A stretch of DNA of 64,000 nt from Gammaproteobacteria bacterium (lineage in GTDB: Bacteria > Pseudomonadota > Gammaproteobacteria > Eutrophobiales > Eutrophobiaceae): assembly GCA_965243205.1 (NCBI GenBank), contig CBDEUK010000002.1, positions 1,555,689 through 1,619,688 of the forward strand, in the 5' to 3' direction. Numbering within the stretch: the stretch's first letter is position 1; each line of letters opens with the position of its first letter. Below the pieces are notes generated by a model that was not told the DNA's origin, did not search any database, and saw only the letters and a program-made list of their open reading frames with translations. Position numbers and translations under genes: made by a program. Positions 60,604 to 64,000 of the stretch are shown piece after piece.

Positions 60604-61524
60604 CTAATCTGCTAAAGAAACCCAGTCTTTGGCTATTAAAAACTCTTCATACAGATTAGATTCTTCTGAACCCGATTCTGGTTGCCAATCGTATTGCCAT
60701 TTTACTAAAGGTGGTAATGACATAAGGATCGATTCGGTTCGACCGCCCGATTGCAAACCAAATAATGTTCCTCGATCATAAACCAAATTAAATTCCACAT
60801 AACGGCCACGACGATATAACTGAAATTGACGTTGCTTATCGCTATATGGCATCTCTTTACGTTTTAAGACAATCGGTAAATACGCCAGCATGAAATGATT
60901 ACCCACACTTTGCATGAATTTGAATGATGTTTCGAAACCCCATTCATTCAAATCGTCAAAAAAGATTCCGCCAATACCACGAGGTTCATTGCGATGTTTT
61001 AAAAAGAAATAATCATCGCACCATTGTTTGTATCTCGGATAAACCTCTTCACCAAACTCATCACAGGCTTTTTTTGCCGTTTGATGCCAATAAATAGCAT
61101 CTTCAGTAAAGCCATAATAAGGCGTGAGATCAAAACCTCCACCAAACCACCAAATGGGATCTTCTCCTGCTTTTTCGGCAATAAAAAACCGCACATTCAT
61201 ATGCGTGGTAGGAACATAAGGGTTGAGTGGATGGATCACCAATGAGACACCCATCGCCTGGAAACTACGACCTGCTAGTTCAGGACGATGTGCAGTTGCC
61301 GATGCAGGTAATGAATCACCGAATACATGTGAAAAATTAATTCCAGCTTGTTCGAATAATTGGCCATTCTTCATGACTCGACTGCGGCCACCACCGCCTT
61401 GCTCTCGGTCCCAATTGTCTTCTATTAATTCTAATTTATCATCTTGCGCCATTAAGGCTGAAGTAATCTGGCTTTGTAGTCCGAGTAAATATTCTCGGAC
61501 ATGATCAATGTCTTTCTGTTGCAT
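60604..61524 (-). CDS. hemF: Oxygen-dependent coproporphyrinogen III oxidase
   Basis: [11 protein letters not shown] and [13 protein letters not shown] signature. Confidence 0.95.
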   Translation of the reverse strand: MQQKDIDHVREYLLGLQSQITSALMAQDDKLELIEDNWDREQGGGGRSRVMKNGQLFEQAGINFSHVFGDSLPASATAHRPELAGRSFQAMGVSLVIHPLNPYVPTTHMNVRFFIAEKAGEDPIWWFGGGFDLTPYYGFTEDAIYWHQTAKKACDEFGEEVYPRYKQWCDDYFFLKHRNEPRGIGGIFFDDLNEWGFETSFKFMQSVGNHFMLAYLPIVLKRKEMPYSDKQRQFQLYRRGRYVEFNLVYDRGTLFGLQSGGRTESILMSLPPLVKWQYDWQPESGSEESNLYEEFLIAKDWVSLAD

Positions 61525-61587
61525 GTTTGTTGGAATTGCGAAAAATTAAAGGGTATCCTATCGCGAATTATTTTTCAGGTAAAAAAC

Positions 61588-62181
61588 ATGAGTGAGCGCA
61601 TAGCATCCGTTACCCGTAATACGAAAGAGACTCAAATTGAAGTCACTATCAATTTAGACGGTAGCGGCAAAGCCGATTTTAATATCGGTGTTCCATTTCT
61701 TGAACACATGTTGGATCAGATTGCCCGACACGGCGTTTTTGATATCACCATTAAAGCCAATGGTGACTTAGAAATTGATGACCATCACACAGTAGAGGAT
61801 GTAGGTATTACATTAGGCCAAGCTTTCACCAAAGCATTAGGAGATAAAAAAGGTATTTATCGTTATGGTCATGCTTATGTGCCGCTTGATGAATCATTAT
61901 CGCGCGTGGTTTTAGATTGTTCTGGTAGACCAGGCTTGGAATACTTTGCGGAATATCCACGAGCTCGCATTGGTGATTTCGATGTGGATCTTATCTTTGA
62001 ATTCTTTCAAGGCTTTGTGAATCATGCCTTAGTCTCCTTACACATTGATAATATTCGTGGCAGAAATGCACACCATATTGCTGAAACGATATTTAAAGCC
62101 TTTGGACGTGCTTTAAGAATGTCTGTCGCTCCTGATCCACGTATGCAAGGCGTATTGCCATCGACTAAAGAACATTTATAA
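61588..62181 (+). CDS. hisB: Imidazoleglycerol-phosphate dehydratase (monofunctional)
   Basis: [10 protein letters not shown] and [11 protein letters not shown]. The start is trimmed to MSERIA, preceded by an A-rich RBS region. Confidence 0.9.
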   Translation: MSERIASVTRNTKETQIEVTINLDGSGKADFNIGVPFLEHMLDQIARHGVFDITIKANGDLEIDDHHTVEDVGITLGQAFTKALGDKKGIYRYGHAYVPLDESLSRVVLDCSGRPGLEYFAEYPRARIGDFDVDLIFEFFQGFVNHALVSLHIDNIRGRNAHHIAETIFKAFGRALRMSVAPDPRMQGVLPSTKEHL

Positions 62182-62193
62182 ATTATTTGAATA

Positions 62194-62811
62194 ATGAAAT
62201 CCGTTGTAGTTATCGATTACGGGACCAGTAATCTTCACTCTGTTAGTAAAGCCTTAGAACATGTTGCTGAAAACAATTATTCTGTTTCAGTGAGTAGCGA
62301 TGCTGAAACTATATTAGCAGCGGATAAAATCGTATTCCCAGGCCAGGGTGCGATAGGCCAATGCATGACTCAGCTCTGCGAACAAAAACTCGACGCAACG
62401 ATTAAACAAGCCATATTGAACAAACCATTTCTTGGGATTTGTTTAGGCTTGCAAAGCCTTATGCAGTTTAGTGAAGAAGATGGTGGTACGGATTGTTTAT
62501 CGATTATCGATGGAAAAGTTAAACGGTTTATCGAAGACGGTATCAATAAAATTCCACATATGGGTTGGAATCAGGTTGAACAGACACAAGATCATCCTTT
62601 ATGGTCAGGTATAGATAATCTTAGCCGCTTCTATTTTGTGCACAGTTATTATGTTCACTTAGAAGATCAAAGTAACTCTAGTGGTGAATGTTCATATATC
62701 AATAACTTTACAGCAGCGATCGCGAAAGACAATATTTTTGCCTGTCAGTTTCATCCTGAAAAAAGCCAAAATTCTGGACTTAGATTACTAAAAAACTTTT
62801 TAGACTGGTAA
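62194..62811 (+). CDS. hisH: Imidazole glycerol phosphate synthase, glutaminase subunit
   Basis: Catalytic GICLG and the HSY...H.E triad motifs. Confidence 0.9.
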   Translation: MKSVVVIDYGTSNLHSVSKALEHVAENNYSVSVSSDAETILAADKIVFPGQGAIGQCMTQLCEQKLDATIKQAILNKPFLGICLGLQSLMQFSEEDGGTDCLSIIDGKVKRFIEDGINKIPHMGWNQVEQTQDHPLWSGIDNLSRFYFVHSYYVHLEDQSNSSGECSYINNFTAAIAKDNIFACQFHPEKSQNSGLRLLKNFLDW

Positions 62812-62840
62812 ATCCGTTCCCTACCTTTAAAACCTAAGAA

Positions 62841-62872
62841 ATAAAAAAAGGTGCCAAAGGCACCTTTAAATA
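62841..62872. terminator. Bidirectional rho-independent terminator
   Basis: AAAAAAAGGTGCC-AAA-GGCACCTTTAAAT. Confidence 0.65.
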
Positions 62873-62894
62873 TAAATCTTATTGCTTGTAATTC

Positions 62895-63239
62895 TTATGC
62901 AATAGCGTCTTTAAGTGCTTTTAATGCAGTTGCACGTACGCTTGTACTTGCTGGCTTCGCTTTAAACATCATTTCTTCACCAGTAAACGGATTAACACCT
63001 TTACGCGCTTTACGTGCAGGTTTAATAACGCGTTTTAATTTAATACCTAATGAAGGAACAGTGAATTCACCTGAACCACGTTTCATTAAGTGACGCTGTG
63101 CAATAGTGCTTAAACTATCTAGAACAGCAGCAACTTCTTTTTTAGTTAACTCTGTTTCTTCAGCAATAGCAGTAATGATTTGTGCTTTAGTTTGCTTTTT
63201 GGCTATAGCACTAGGTTTCTTTGTTTTTTTAGCAGCCAT
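62895..63239 (-). CDS. HU/IHF-family DNA-binding protein with an N-terminal Lys/Ala-rich histone-H1-like tail
   Basis: Residues 1-20 are MAAKKTKKPSAIAKKQTKAQ. An HU-like body follows (arm region GEFTVPSLGIKLKRVIKPARKARKGVNPFTGEEMMFKAKP). Confidence 0.65.
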   Translation of the reverse strand: MAAKKTKKPSAIAKKQTKAQIITAIAEETELTKKEVAAVLDSLSTIAQRHLMKRGSGEFTVPSLGIKLKRVIKPARKARKGVNPFTGEEMMFKAKPASTSVRATALKALKDAIA

Positions 63240-63384
63240 TTTATCTCCTCAACTAAATCAGTGTGTAAACTATAGAACGATGCATTTTATGCAATGACAA
63301 CACAAAGTGGAAACATTTATTTACGTTTTTTTGATAAAAACCCTAAAAAAAACCTATAAAATAGATTTCAATAGTAAAAAAGAA

Positions 63385-64000
63385 TTAGTTTTTATGATGA
63401 TTTAACGCTTTATTACCAATATCCTTACGATAAAACATACCTTGCCATTCAATGTTGCCTACTGCTTTATACGCTTTATCTTGAGCTTCTTTAACGGTAT
63501 TTCCTAAAGCTGTCACACATAAAACTCTTCCGCCATTGGTGAATACTTGATTATTTTCTAACTTCGTACCCGCATGAAAGACTTTCACTGATTCATCAAG
63601 TGCTTTATCTAAACCCTGTATTTTTAGGCCTTTTTTAACACCACCAGGATATCCTTCTGCAGCTAACACAACACCTAACGCAACTCTATCATCCCAATTC
63701 ACTTGTTGTGATAATTTCCCTTCACAAGCTGATAAACATAAATTAACTAAATCACTTTGCATACGAAACAAAATAGGTTGTGTTTCTGGATCACCAAAAC
63801 GACAGTTATATTCTAAAACCTTTGCTTTTCCTGATTCAGTAATCATTAAACCCGCGTATAAAAAGCCAGTATAGGGCATGCCATCTTTTGCCATCGCTTC
63901 TATGGTCGGTGTAATCACTTCATCCATAACTTTTTGGTGCATAGACTCAGTAACGATTGGAGCAGGAGAATAAGCGCCCATACCTCCTGTGTTAGGACCG
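63385..64000 (-). CDS. purD: Phosphoribosylamine-glycine ligase, C-terminal part (gene continues beyond the window end)
   Basis: NTGGMGAYSPAPIVT...FNCRFGDPETQ...NGGRVLCVTALG is collinear with E. coli PurD. The frame is open to base 64000. Confidence 0.95.
   Translation of the reverse strand, partial: GPNTGGMGAYSPAPIVTESMHQKVMDEVITPTIEAMAKDGMPYTGFLYAGLMITESGKAKVLEYNCRFGDPETQPILFRMQSDLVNLCLSACEGKLSQQVNWDDRVALGVVLAAEGYPGGVKKGLKIQGLDKALDESVKVFHAGTKLENNQVFTNGGRVLCVTALGNTVKEAQDKAYKAVGNIEWQGMFYRKDIGNKALNHHKN

Noticed and set aside
1-64000. CRISPR arrays, insertion sequences, integrases, tRNA genes
   Set aside because: No direct-repeat/spacer periodicity, no transposase- or integrase-like ORFs, and no tRNA-like cloverleaf segments were noticed on reading the intergenic regions.

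Overview
AT-rich gammaproteobacterial chromosomal window (organism not identified), about 70 genes, no transposase, integrase or CRISPR array seen. Most of it is housekeeping. Left to right: AlgZ/AlgR-like two-component pair, GNAT, an ATP-grasp protein in the gshB position, rsmE, hspQ, rsd, a Hanks-type Ser/Thr kinase, then a methionine/SAM cluster (metF-ahcY with an SAH riboswitch, metK, metR-metE), the glycolytic block tkt-gap-pgk-pyk-fba, purC, glnS, ubiI-ubiH-pepP-ygfB, zapB-like/zapA/6S RNA, ilvA, rpiA, dtd, hemF, hisB-hisH, an HU-like protein and partial purD. The accessory part is a roughly 20 kb type IV pilus region (8.2-28.8 kb). It holds one roughly 15 kb minus-strand operon that resembles the MSHA system but has a rearranged gene order: sigma-54 enhancer-binding regulator, ExeA/MshM-like ATPase, secretin, TPR protein, MshE-type ATPase with a c-di-GMP-binding N-domain, platform protein, a PilM/PilN-fusion (MshI-like), a PilO-like protein, a small secreted acidic protein, a 688-aa PilX-like pilin fused to a large Asp/Asn/Cys-rich domain, and a 309-aa Cys-rich pilin. 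A polytopic PilS-like histidine kinase, two unknown membrane proteins, a membrane class-III adenylate cyclase and an unusually long (262 aa) Gly/Ala-rich major pilin sit beside it. The pilin gene has a -24/-12 (sigma-54) promoter-like sequence upstream. A second, small accessory patch (46.6-49.6 kb) encodes a lipoprotein hydrolase, an outer-membrane protein and a FecR-domain secreted protein. All calls rest on motif recognition by eye. No database search was possible.
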